The notes beneath the pieces are model-generated. The model had not been told where the DNA came from. It worked only from the letters and a program-made list of their open reading frames with translations, and ran no database searches. From Dimorphilus gyrociliatus (taxonomy: Eukaryota; Animalia; Annelida): a stretch of DNA of 64,000 bases. The DNA lies in the NCBI GenBank assembly GCA_904063045.1, contig CAJFCJ010000006.1, forward strand, positions 1,713,601 through 1,777,600. Reading direction: 5' to 3'. A program made the position numbers and the translations under genes. Below, one piece after another: positions 25,796 through 37,400 of this stretch (positions are counted from its first letter, which is position 1; each line of letters starts with the position of its first letter).

Positions 25796-28700
25796 CTATT
25801 TCCAAACTTTAACAACTCCATCTCTGGAGGAGCTGAATATCAAATTATGATCAGCAATCCTGCAAGCTGCAATATCCGTAACAATATCATGGTGACCAAC
25901 TGGAGGTGTTTCCATTGCGTGAGCAGGTGTACCTAGACGATTTGGTGCTTCCATTTGTTCTTGGGCATAGACTTCTTGAATAACATTTGTGCCTTCAATT
26001 AATTTTTGCTGGTAGGTCGCATTTAAAGTCTTCCTTCTATCATGTCCAGCTTTTGTGAAAATACAACAACTATCAGCTTTATTTAAATTCCAATATCGTA
26101 ATCTCATATCAGTTCCTCCTGTTAATATGAAACAGTCATTGCTAGCTTCATGAACTCCGAGGTGCATTCCCCATATAGAATGAGCATTAGTTTTTTGAAC
26201 TGAGAGAGGAGCAGCTGGAGAGGCCCAAATTGCCATATCTCTATTAGAACCTTCCAAATTCCAAACGGATACCTCATTATTCCCGCTATAAGCAACAGCT
26301 ACTTTGGCTCTATCTGAAGGATGAGCCAGTATTTTTTTAATAGAATTTTTTGCGGGAGATTTGATTGTCGATACAGGCAACAGAAATCTAAGGTCCCAAA
26401 TTGTTATGATACCTTTTATTGTACCAGTGGCCAACCACCATTCACCTAATTGAGATGGAGCTATCGATGTTATAAGGCCCATTTCCGGCTCTTGTTCCAA
26501 CTTTAACGCTGTCACTGGACTTCTTGTGTCTATTGCTTGGAGTAGTCCATGTACTGTCGAAAATAAATAGGCTTGACAAGATGGAATATACGTTAAGTCT
26601 GTTAGCATCCCATCAGTATCAACGTCAATAGACCGATCCATGTCATATTCTTTTGTACACTTTAACTTGTCACTAGCGATGGAAACAACATGAAGAGTTC
26701 CATTATTAGAAATGGAACCGAATTGGTCAGGAGCAGAAAAAGCAACAGATCTTATCTGGCCACCCTGGTGAGAGTATGAAGACTGCGATCGAATAGTTGT
26801 TCCGGATGAGGTGCCTGCTGCCATTTTAGAGCATTTCCATAATCTTATCGTTCCATCTGTGCTGGCACTGGCAAGACAAGAAGAATCAGGACTCATTCTC
26901 AAAGCATTAACGGAGCCTCTATGTTCATGTGTATGTCCTACCAGCAATCCCTTTGGTTTCCAATCTTTGGGTGGTTTCTTTTTCAACTCCTTATTATCTT
27001 CTAAAAGTAAACCAGAATTAAAAATCTGCTTCCTTCTTACGCGGACTAGCTGCTGTAGGTCATTCTGACAAGGCGTTCTGGCAGGAGCTTCTGACTGATC
27101 ATATTTACCCAGTGTTCTTACTTCGTTGGAGTGTCGTAGTGGTCTGGCAGATGCTGTATCAAAGGTAGCAGCAGCACCACCTCCAAACATTTGCTTCCAA
27201 TCTTCATTCTGTTAAATTATTCAAAAATACATAAATAAGTTTATCTTCCAAATACTAGAATTCAGAATTACCATGCTTCCGAGACCTTCGGCGGCATCTC
27301 TAGTCTTCTTACCTTCCTTTTTCAGTTTAACAAGAGTAACGTGCCTGGGGGAAACTCCCACTACATTTTTTAAGTCAACTTCTCCCATTCTCAAGTCTGA
27401 GGAAGATTCGTTACTATCTCTGGTAAAGAAATTTCGAAGCTCAATTAGAGAATCCGTTGTATGTTCGTTCAAGTCAAATCTCAATAATTTCTTTTCTATT
27501 GATGACTCGAGGGATGTAACGCTATGTGAAAATTTCTTTGCTCGAATTGCCTCAATTACTTTTTGCGGATCTTGAGACTTTTGTATCATATCTAAAATCT
27601 CACGCGATATTGGAGGCTTGAGCATTGTGAGTAATAGATGCTCTTTTTCAACGTACACAGCACTTCTGGTTTCCAGTTTCTTTTCCAATTTTGGAAAAAT
27701 GCAGCAATGTATGTCTGCAGGATGTAATGTTCGGCTAACCGCGCAGACAAATGAGCATGCAGCGTATCGAACGCACAGTGATGGATGTGAAAGTAAGGGA
27801 ATAACTGATTGATTAAGTAAATCATACATTGTTGTTTTTTTCAAAAGTTTATGCTCTGCAAGAATAGCACCACTCTTTAAAGCTTGCTGAATAACTAAGG
27901 TTTCGGAATCTCTCATCCCGGATGAAATCAGAGGAGTGACAACATCGCTCGCTTGGACACCCACAAATACTGCGACTTGAACTAAACTTTTAAAAAATGC
28001 AAGCCTTGTCCGCCATTGTCTTTCGTTGAGGAACGTTATCATATGAGATAGGAGAACGTCTGCTGCTAATTTTCTCCCTAATATGCTGCATAACATGGCA
28101 GCCCCACCAAGAGCCATAGTTTGCCTCACTTCGGGTTGTGGATCTCTTAGTAGTTGGGTCGCTATTTGAGCTATTGAATCTCTTATCTCGTCTATTTCTA
28201 AATAGAATGATATATTTGAATCAGAGTCCGCTGCACATTCTAGAAATCGCAAACAACTTTCAGCTAGTGAGCAAAGACATCGTGCAAGGGTTAGGCGAAC
28301 TATTGGAGCTTCGTCATTTGTTAAACGCCGCACTTTGGTCAGAATATAATTTGGTAAAACATTTGAATCAGGCAGCTTACAATTTTCAATGCAGTCTGTT
28401 AAAACGTATATAGATTCTGCTCTTACCCTTGGTACAACGTCATCAAGTAACTGCAGAATGAAAGGTATAATTCTATCAAGGACTAGATCAGAAGCCAAGC
28501 GAACAGATATTTTTTTGAGAAATGCTAGAGCAGATAATCTGGAGGAGACCATTCTGACTGATCGAATGCAAGATGTTACCAGAGGTACGCAGAGAACGAG
28601 AGAATCACTTTCCAACGTTTTTAGCAAGACATCTTCCAAGTCCTCGTTTAGCTTTTGAACTTTTGTGTCGGGAGCAACCGGCAGTGATTTCGCATAGCTG

Positions 28701-29672
28701 GGAAAGAATTCATAAAAAGATTTTGGAAAAGTCTTCCCATATTCCTTGTCTAAGTATTCCTGAGCTGTTAAACGCTGATTTTTGTCTATATTTGTCATAT
28801 TTCTAACTAAATGTCTAATTTGAGCATCTTCTATTCGACTTATAACTTCCTCTGGATCATATTTTTTTCCTCTACTACGGAATGCTAAAAGTTTAGTTAG
28901 TGTAAAGGGAATTTGCCCATCGGTAAAAAGTTCAATAAAGACACAGCCAGCAGAGAATATATCCATTTCATATGTAAGACAGGGATTTGATGGAGGCTCA
29001 GATTCGAAGAATCTCTCTGGTGCTAAATAGCAGGTTCGTCTCCTTGATGTATCAAAGAAATAATCAAAGTCCGAGGGACTTTTATCAGGAATATAAATAG
29101 GCTTGAATTCTGATGCCCAATCGCAGAGGAAAACATGGTTACTACTAGATAAAAGAATATTCTCTGTTTTGATATCTCCATGAAACACATTCATTTCATG
29201 AGCTTGGGCAATAGCCGAAAGTATTCCGAAAGCAATCCATCGTCTCTCTATGTCATTTAGAAAAGGTCTTGTGCTTAGACGATCATAAAGGTTGTGCTTG
29301 CAAAATCGTCTAGTTACCAAGGCTGCTTTATCAGTTAGGACGGTTTGAATATAGGGAAGACAGTTGGAGCAATTTCTCAACAGAGAACTCTGCCGATCTA
29401 TTGAATCTAGGTAGTCTTTTAGTGGTAGGGGACGTTCAAGAACGGCAAAAACTTTCACAACTAAATCGCTCCCTGTCGCATTACGCACTCTTGCCACTTT
29501 TAGGAATCGAGTACTTCCCAAACTATTTGACAGGTTAAGAATTGATTGAGATAAAGATGAAATCTAAATGATTTTCTTACCTTTTTTGAAATTCGTGATC
29601 TTTTAGCTCTGTTAGATGTTGTTCAATAGGTAAAATTTGAGAAGGAACAATAGCAGCTAATTCGTTGCCCAT
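25796..29672 (-). CDS. PIK3R4: Vps15/PIK3R4 (kinase-like + HEAT + WD40), 3 exons
   Basis: MGNELAAIVPSQIL (myristoylation start), LGSTRFLKVAR, LYDRLSTRPFLNDIERRWIAF, HGDIKTEN, YFFDTSRRRTCYLAPERF, then WD40 repeats ending SSSRDGVVKVWK. Confidence 0.96.
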
Positions 29673-30155
29673 TTTTCAGTATCGCGAAATAAAAGAACTG
29701 GCTGAAAATGATGCAAGAAAAACGTAAAAAATTAAAGCTTGTATAAAATCGGAATTGCTTTGCACAAAAAACCAACCTATGTCCAGACAAAACTTTATTC
29801 ATTCAAATCTGAGTTAGGATTTTGACAACTATTTGATGGAACTAATGTTTATTCAATATAATGTTGATATTTTCAATTCGTCATTCTTATGAATATTTAT
29901 ATAGTTCCTGACGAATAAACTTGCAGAAGCTGATCCTCAAGATACTCTTCCGAGAGAATATGGAATTTTAGATTATAAAAAACGATTAATATCTCTAACT
30001 AGCTCTAAATTTGTATTTTCTTAGCAAACAAGGGAAAAGTTTTAAATGGAAATGACCATGAGTGAACAAGACACAAAAAATTTCAAGTCATATGATCATT
30101 ATGCATAACTAATTATTAAATTACGTCGTCGATCAACAAATATGATAATTTTCTT

Positions 30156-31356
30156 TTACAAATTTATATTAAACATATTTTCAAACCCTTTCTTTAGCTT
30201 AGCGCCAGTTTGCTCTTCTTGAATTAATTTGTCAATCTGGTTTTGGCACTTTTCAAATGCTAACTCTAATGGCTCATCAATATAGCTTTGTTGATTATTA
30301 ACTTCTTTTTCAAATTCTTCAAGCATTTGTTGTATCTAGATTTACATTATTAAATAAGAGACTCTTGTTTAATTCGTACGTGTAAATATTACCAAATTTT
30401 CAACAAATTTCTCAAGTTCTTCAAATTTTTTCTCATCCATCTCTCTCCTATCCTTCAAATCTTGAAAGATCGAATGCACTCTATTTTCTTGTTCTTCCAG
30501 TGTATTTTCAATCAACTCAATAAACTCAGCCTATCAAAGTCACAACACTTAAATGTTGATAAAATATTATAAACTAACCGGTCGGGTGAATGATGAAAGC
30601 GTTTCTTCTCGAATAATATTCATATCTGCTTTTGTAAACATGCAATAGAAAAACATTTTATAAAACCTCGATAACTAGATAATACCACGCAATTCGTTTA
30701 ATTGGGAAAAAACACTTTGTAATTCCTCTTTTTTCTTATTCATTATTCTCATATTCTCAGAGACAACTTCTAATTCCTTGCCAATTTCCTGATAATTTTC
30801 TTCATAAACTTGCTGCAATTGCAGTTTAAATTTGTTGACTACTCCTCCTATCTGAAATGTTAATATCCACGAAAAAATTACATATATGTATATATTTTTA
30901 TATCTATATTATATTTTGTAACTTCGAATTCAAGAATTTTCTTCAGTTTTATCAAAGCTTCGCTAGTTTCTTGACGGGAAATTTGTAATATCGTAAATTG
31001 CTCGTTGAGTTTTTTGGCAATGCTACTGGCAGCAGGGCTCAATTCTGGTTCTTCTATTGTTTCTTCAGTCACTTTATCGCTAAAACTGACTTTCTAATGA
31101 TTGGGTAAGATATATTATATTTTCATTATGAGAGGCAATTTATAGGTTAATATCGAGTCAACCTTTGTGGGTTTTTCATAATCTGTTTTTGGCAGCACTT
31201 CACTTTCATTTGGAGATTCAGGATCATAATTCTCTTTGTCAGACGATGTGGGTGTTTTCAGGCTAATATAAAAGGAGGAAAAGCGTTTTCATAGTTCATA
31301 ACTCATTTGAGATAGTATAATAGATTATAATAGAGACTTTACCCAAAATCTTCCAT
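30156..31356 (-). CDS. SYCE2-like synaptonemal-complex central element protein with two tandem helical modules (7 exons, ~272 aa)
   Basis: Exons 31356-31343, 31262-31163, 31093-30923, 30851-30686, 30628-30579, 30530-30393 and 30335-30156 are all in phase. Module 1 aligns without gaps to the human SYCE2 core as recalled from memory. Confidence 0.65.
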
Positions 31357-32003
31357 TCTGAAGCACTGTGGAATAAAAACCTTCGAAATTACAATTTTGG
31401 CGGAAAAAAGTCTAAGAATCATACGGTATATGAAACTTTAGCAAAATCAGCATGACCGATACTTTTGTTATTATTCAAGTATTGGTAATATAAGTAAATT
31501 AGAATTCTTCTTACTTTGAGTATATTATTTTTTCGATAGATTTTACCAAAATAATTGCTCCGCTACTATTCATTAGAGAGATAATTTTTAGATAAAACAG
31601 TACTCCAGCTCATATAATGAGTTTCATTAATTAGCGTCAGACAGGAACCCTATTCCCCAGTCTCAAAATAGGGGCTAGTATATTCTACACAAAGTACGCA
31701 GTGCAAAAGTGTATTAATCATTCAGTAAATTAATTACAGCTTATTCGAACTAAAATTCATATTCTTTATCAGAATCACAGTCAAGTTCTTTAGAATTAAT
31801 TATTTTGAAAGATTCTCCCAAATAACACAAGCTAAAAATTTCTATGTATTGAAATCACATAAAAAAAGAGGCTTTCAAACTTCATCTCACCTAGAAAGTT
31901 GTCTAATTTCTTACAAATTCCTTAACGAACCACACCATTATAGGCTATAGAGAGATAATACAACATAAAATTAAGATCAAATTAAAATCAGGCTCTAAAA
32001 TAG

Positions 32004-34124
32004 TTATGTATGTTTTGCAGGGCCAGAATATCTATTCTTGTTTGTATTATTCGCCAAGGATTCTGCTCGACCCTTAATAAAGTCTAACTTCTTTCTAAAA
32101 AGAGCATTCCAAAAAGGTGTTTGGTTGCTACTAGGTTGACGATTCGGTCGATGCTGACAATAATAGGTTGTAAATAATCTCATTCTCCTTATAAATGGTG
32201 CTGGAACGATTATATGTTTTAAATCTCCATTATAAAGGTGATTTATAAAATAAATTTTAACATCGTCACGAAGTAATTTGTTCCATAGACTTCTTGTTTT
32301 ATTAGCATATTTCTTGTTTCTATCTTTTTCAGTGTTGCCTAGGAAAGTTCCGTATTTGCCGCTGTATAAATGTTTTAAAATCGCAAGAAGAAAGCTCTCA
32401 GTAAATTCAAAGCACGTTGGAAATTGAATCATAATTTGCCAAACACAGTCTATAAATTGTAGAAAGACAGGCGATCTCTCATCTAATTCTTTATTACTTC
32501 CATATCCGCACCTTTGACCAAATTTATGCCCAAAAGATTTCCATTCTTTTTCAATTAATATTGCAAAACCAGTCATTGTTCTATAATATGAGTCTAATAA
32601 TAGCATCGCCAATGAGGTTATTTGAGACGTTCTATCCCAGCCATCCGAACAATGAACTAAGACAGAAGATTTATTGTTAATTCGGTCTACAACCGTGTTG
32701 GCCGCTCTTAATATTCTTTTAATATGCTCCAACCATTTACTATTTTCAACTTCTGACATGAAATTAGTAGGATTATCAGATGAACAAGCCTCTTTTAGCT
32801 TTCGTAAAGATTCTCTCATTACATGAATATTGTCTATATCCACGTATTGTAGTTCAGCGAAACTGTAGTTGTCCATATTTTCAACACCACCATTACGAAG
32901 TCGATTACCTTGAGCATTTTTCCAAGGTCTTGCGTCAATTATGTATAATTTTAAAGAATTTTTATTCAACTTTTGAATGGTCTCTAGAAGTGTTACATCG
33001 TCGTGTGATACAGATCCCTTTATTCCGACTAGAGGCTGACTGCACCTAGTAATGCTTGCTTGGGTTTCTGTATCAATCCAAGAGAGTACGGGAAATCTAT
33101 TTTTACTCCTATAACTGACTGCTTTAAGGAGGAAGGCATCACTATCACTCGGTACGTACAAATGTGAGGGATAAGATTCGCAAATTGAATATTCGTCTGA
33201 AGATTTCGCTTGGTTTAGCAATTTCCAATTTGAATTCTCTGAACCATTTCCAGCTTTAGGTGCTAATATTCGTTTCATTTCCGCTTCCATATCGAATGAA
33301 AAGCAAGGTTCATCTTTGTATGGAGTATGCTTGTAGTGACTGACTGAAAATATTTCTGGTACATACTCCTCCTTCACTCTCTGTCAGAGAAGCAAATAAG
33401 TTAACAGTTCCTTAAGGCATGTTCGGTAATTAGTTAGAAACAAACCTTATCAATATTGGGTGGAGCATAATCTAAAGGAAAAGCGTAGTGCAATAGATAA
33501 GATTTAAATCGGTCGAATTTTGCATTTAAATCATCTCCAACAATTTTCATATTTGGACGAACGTCTTTAAATTCAATCTCTACTTCCTTAGTTTTCTTCG
33601 ATTGAAATTGACTTTGAAATTGAATATTTGAAATTGTTCCCAGATGAATTTTAGTATACGAATTGACTTTATTGTTAGAGTCCTTCGGTATAAAAATTAG
33701 TCTATAATTTGTCAGATACAAGTTCCCAACTCGATTTTTGTCGATATGTACATTTTGCAAGTTAAGATCCTGCAGAAAGAAATATTATTACTTAAATATA
33801 TACAAATTAATGTATAATTTATCTTTAACATATTTTTTTGACAATTGCATTCAACATCAACTAGAGATTAATTAGTTATAAAATCTTTATTTATTGATTA
33901 TTCTTATTTTAAATTGTATTTATCAATATTATTCTTAGAAGTATATTTTCTTAGAAGGGAAATTGTGTACCAGTCATTGTCAATTTAGGTGCAGCATCGC
34001 GATTTAAACAAATAGATGCACCCAAATCTTTGATTAAACTTACTACGCATATTTCACCATATCTCGACTTAATTGTGCCCACTATTAGGTTTTCTTTAAT
34101 CGAACTTTTATCCGACGAATCCAT
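32004..34124 (-). CDS. Active myotubularin (MTM1/MTMR1/MTMR2 type) PI3P phosphatase
   Basis: PH-GRAM GNLYLTNYRLIF, YRSKNRFPVLSW, RCSQPLVG, catalytic VLVHCSDGWDRTSQ, WKSFGHKFGQRCG, SPVFLQFIDCVWQ. Confidence 0.93.
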
Positions 34125-34403
34125 TGAAACGTGAAATTAGTTCCAAAAACACTAAATATAGTTTTTGTAATAAGGAACTCGGGCACTATAAATGCACATC
34201 GATTAATACCAGTTTTTTCTAGATCAATTTTGCCATGTTCTCTCTAAATAGTGTGTGGTGGTTTATATAATATAGCACATAATTTTAATTCAAGAGAAAG
34301 CCTATAGTTTATTAATTTTTACAGCTTAACAAACAATTCTTTTTAAACAAATGTATATGTTCAATAATAAAGTTTTCTTATACATTGCATGTAGCATTAT
34401 TCA

Positions 34404-37400
34404 CTATTTATCACATTTAATCATAGTGAAACCAAATATTGTGAAGGGGTTTGTTGGTATGTTAAAGTCTGTGAAAAAATCTAGTCGATTTAATCCACAC
34501 ACAGGAAATGGCAACCAATAAGCTAAATGAGGAGATGGAAACCGATCTACTGAATGTCCATTTAGCACAACGTCCAAAAATGGATATTTGACAAGACTGG
34601 TTAGCTGTGATTCGTTTAACATTTCTGTAAAAAAGACAACTTCTACTGAATCCTTTTTTCCAAAAAGTGTTGCTTCATCCATTTCAAAAAACAAAGTGTA
34701 ATGCATGTGAGATTTTACCTCCAAGTCAGATATACTCACCAAGGTTTTTTGGATTTTAAAGCGGTCACTAAATGAAGATTCTATCATCATTCCTAAAAAG
34801 TAATTCATAAATGGATTTTTTTTTAGTACAAGCCCATCATTCATTGATATATGTTCCGCATGCCAAGGAAGTCGTTCAATATTCAGAGCTAAGGATGCCA
34901 TCTTTTTTTGCTGATCTACAACTTCCAGCTGCAGTTTTCTTCCGACTAATGTTTCTTTGTTGTGTTTATAAAGAGTCTGATAAGAATTTGATTCCTTATC
35001 AAATATGGAAAAATTGCCGAATATAGTACCATATATCTTCTGTTCATTTTCAATCGTATATTTCCTCGCTAAATCTCTTTTTTGCTTGAATTTATCAAGC
35101 TTCTTTTCACTTTGACTCTTGTCGGATTGACTGTTTGTACGAAGCTCACGTGAGTGTTCTATGGATTCATCTTTTTTGTTGTTCTTGTCAAGTTCTTTGT
35201 CTGATGATATGTTGAGAGCTTCATCTTTCGACGGTGTTTTAATAGCTCTATCTCTTAGCGTTCCATTCATAGTTCCGTCTTTTGATGCCTTCTTGATATC
35301 TTGAACTTTCGATGCTTTCTTGAGAGCTTCCTCCTCTGTCGACTTTTGGATAGCCCCATCTTTTGACGTTTTCCTAGTAGCTATATCTTTCCATGATTTC
35401 TTAGTATCTTTTGACGTTTTCTTAATACGTTCGTCCGCTTTTTTATGTGATGAGCTATGTTTCGGTTTTTGATCTGTGCTGTAGTCATTTGTCAATCTTA
35501 AAGACTTGTGTTTTTGTTCTGATTCAATACTTTTTTCCTTCTTGGTATTCATTTTAATTCCTTCAGTAGATTTATCTTTCGAATCAGTAATTTTTTCGTT
35601 TTTGCTTCTTGAAGTATTTCGCTTTTCTTCATTTTCGCTACCAAAAGTGTTTTTATGTGGCGGAACAACAGATTTATTTTCACTAGGAGCTTTTGAATCT
35701 TCAAAACGACCATTTTGTTGTTTATCTTTTTCAGACTCGGCTTTGGCGTAATCTTTTTTTGTATTTTTACTGCTTGATTTCGTTAACTTGTCTCTAGTTT
35801 CAGATTTATTAACCATTAACTTTTTGTTCACTTCTGGACTAGTAATCGGTAACTTTTCAGCATGATCCGTCTCTTCACTGTCTTCTCCGAATAAATCTCT
35901 CTTACTTATGTTATAGGGATAGGAAAAAGTACTAATTGAAGTTTCTTTCGGTTGTATACCGGTGTCTGATAACAAATCTGATGATGAGTCTGATGATGAG
36001 TCCGATGATGAGAATAATATGCTTCTATTCTTCTTTACCTTCTCAGCGATAAAAGATTTGTCTTTTTGTTCTGTTGTGGAAGATTTTTCAGTTCGCTTTT
36101 TCCTTTTAGGACAAACAGTTTTAGTTTTGCCTTGTGATTCTGCTTCATCGTCTGTGTCACTTAAAGCTTGAATTTTTTTGTGATCTCTTATTTGAGGCTT
36201 TTGAAAAGTGGGAAGTTTCTTTTTTAGTTTTACGATAGGATGATCTAAAATTAATTTAATGCATTTATTATTATTATTATTGTGACACAACTTTGTACGT
36301 TATGATAAATTTAAGTAAAATTTGACATTCAATTTAAATAGTAAAAAACCTTGGGAGCTATCATATTGAAAATGACAAACGGAAGAACTTTCGTCACTGA
36401 GATTCAAATCTTCGTTTGTTGTCAATTTTGAGTGTGTCTCGTTTGACGCCTCTAATGCTCCTGAAAGAAAATATATGTTACTAAGTTAACATGATTGATA
36501 CAAGAACTTACTAGTATCACTGTTCGAGTCTTTTTTGTAAGGAATTTTGTAAGTGCTCGGACACTGCAAAGATATTTCGGGAGATGACGGAGGTAGAGAG
36601 TCTGATTCCGGGGAAAATAGGGAGCGTATAATTTTCTTTTTGGGTGGAGTTTTTGACTCTGACAGGCAGCTTATTAATGGTAATGTTGATGGTCTTGATA
36701 AAGGAGAGTTTCTAGACTGTACAAGTATCTTTGGAGAAGGGTTAGATGGGGGGCAGCTTGGTAGTTCAGTTTGAACTGATATCAGAGGGGGTGATTTATT
36801 GGGAACAGACGCCAGCGTTTCAACCGAGGTAGCTGATTTCCGTGATGCTGGTATGGGCGATGACTTGGAAGAATCTAATGAAGACGAAGATGAAGATGCT
36901 GATGAAGACGAAGATGCTGACGAGGCAGAGAGTTCCAAAAAAGCAGCTCGTAATAGCGTTTCTTGTGATTTTCCTGGAGATGGAGTTTTTAAAACGTTTG
37001 GAGTAGCTGTTTGCAATAGAATCTTTGAATTATCAACTGGTGCTTGGGGGTGTGAAGAAGTAAATTGTGGCTGGGCTATATGAGATATTTTTGCTGATTG
37101 ATCTCTTACAGATAAACCTGGCGATGAAGGTCTCGGAGATGCAGAACTAAACTGATTACATGGCGCAGAGTCATTGGAATTGCAGCTATCCATGGGACTT
37201 CTGAAAGGAATCGATGGTTCAACATCTGAATCACTAGTCAAGTCAGGCAAAAAATTTTGCATTTGCATCCTAATATCCTTTCCTCTGCTGAATCTTGGTT
37301 TAATCGGACTACTAGTTTCATGTTTTTCAACACTTTCCGATACACTTGTCGATTCCGTATCGGAACTTTCATATAAGGGCATCATATCTTCCTTCTTAAA

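Noticed and set aside
29700-30110. Plus-strand coding-looking stretch (LAEADPQDTLPREYGILDYKK) between VPS15 and the SYCE2-like gene
   Set aside because: No start and splice combination gave an open multi-exon frame.
31648-31673. CCCTATT..AATAGGG hairpin (similar short inverted repeats at 3495-3529 and 61075-61090)
   Set aside because: Stems of 6-7 bp are expected by chance and lack tRNA, snoRNA or SECIS features.
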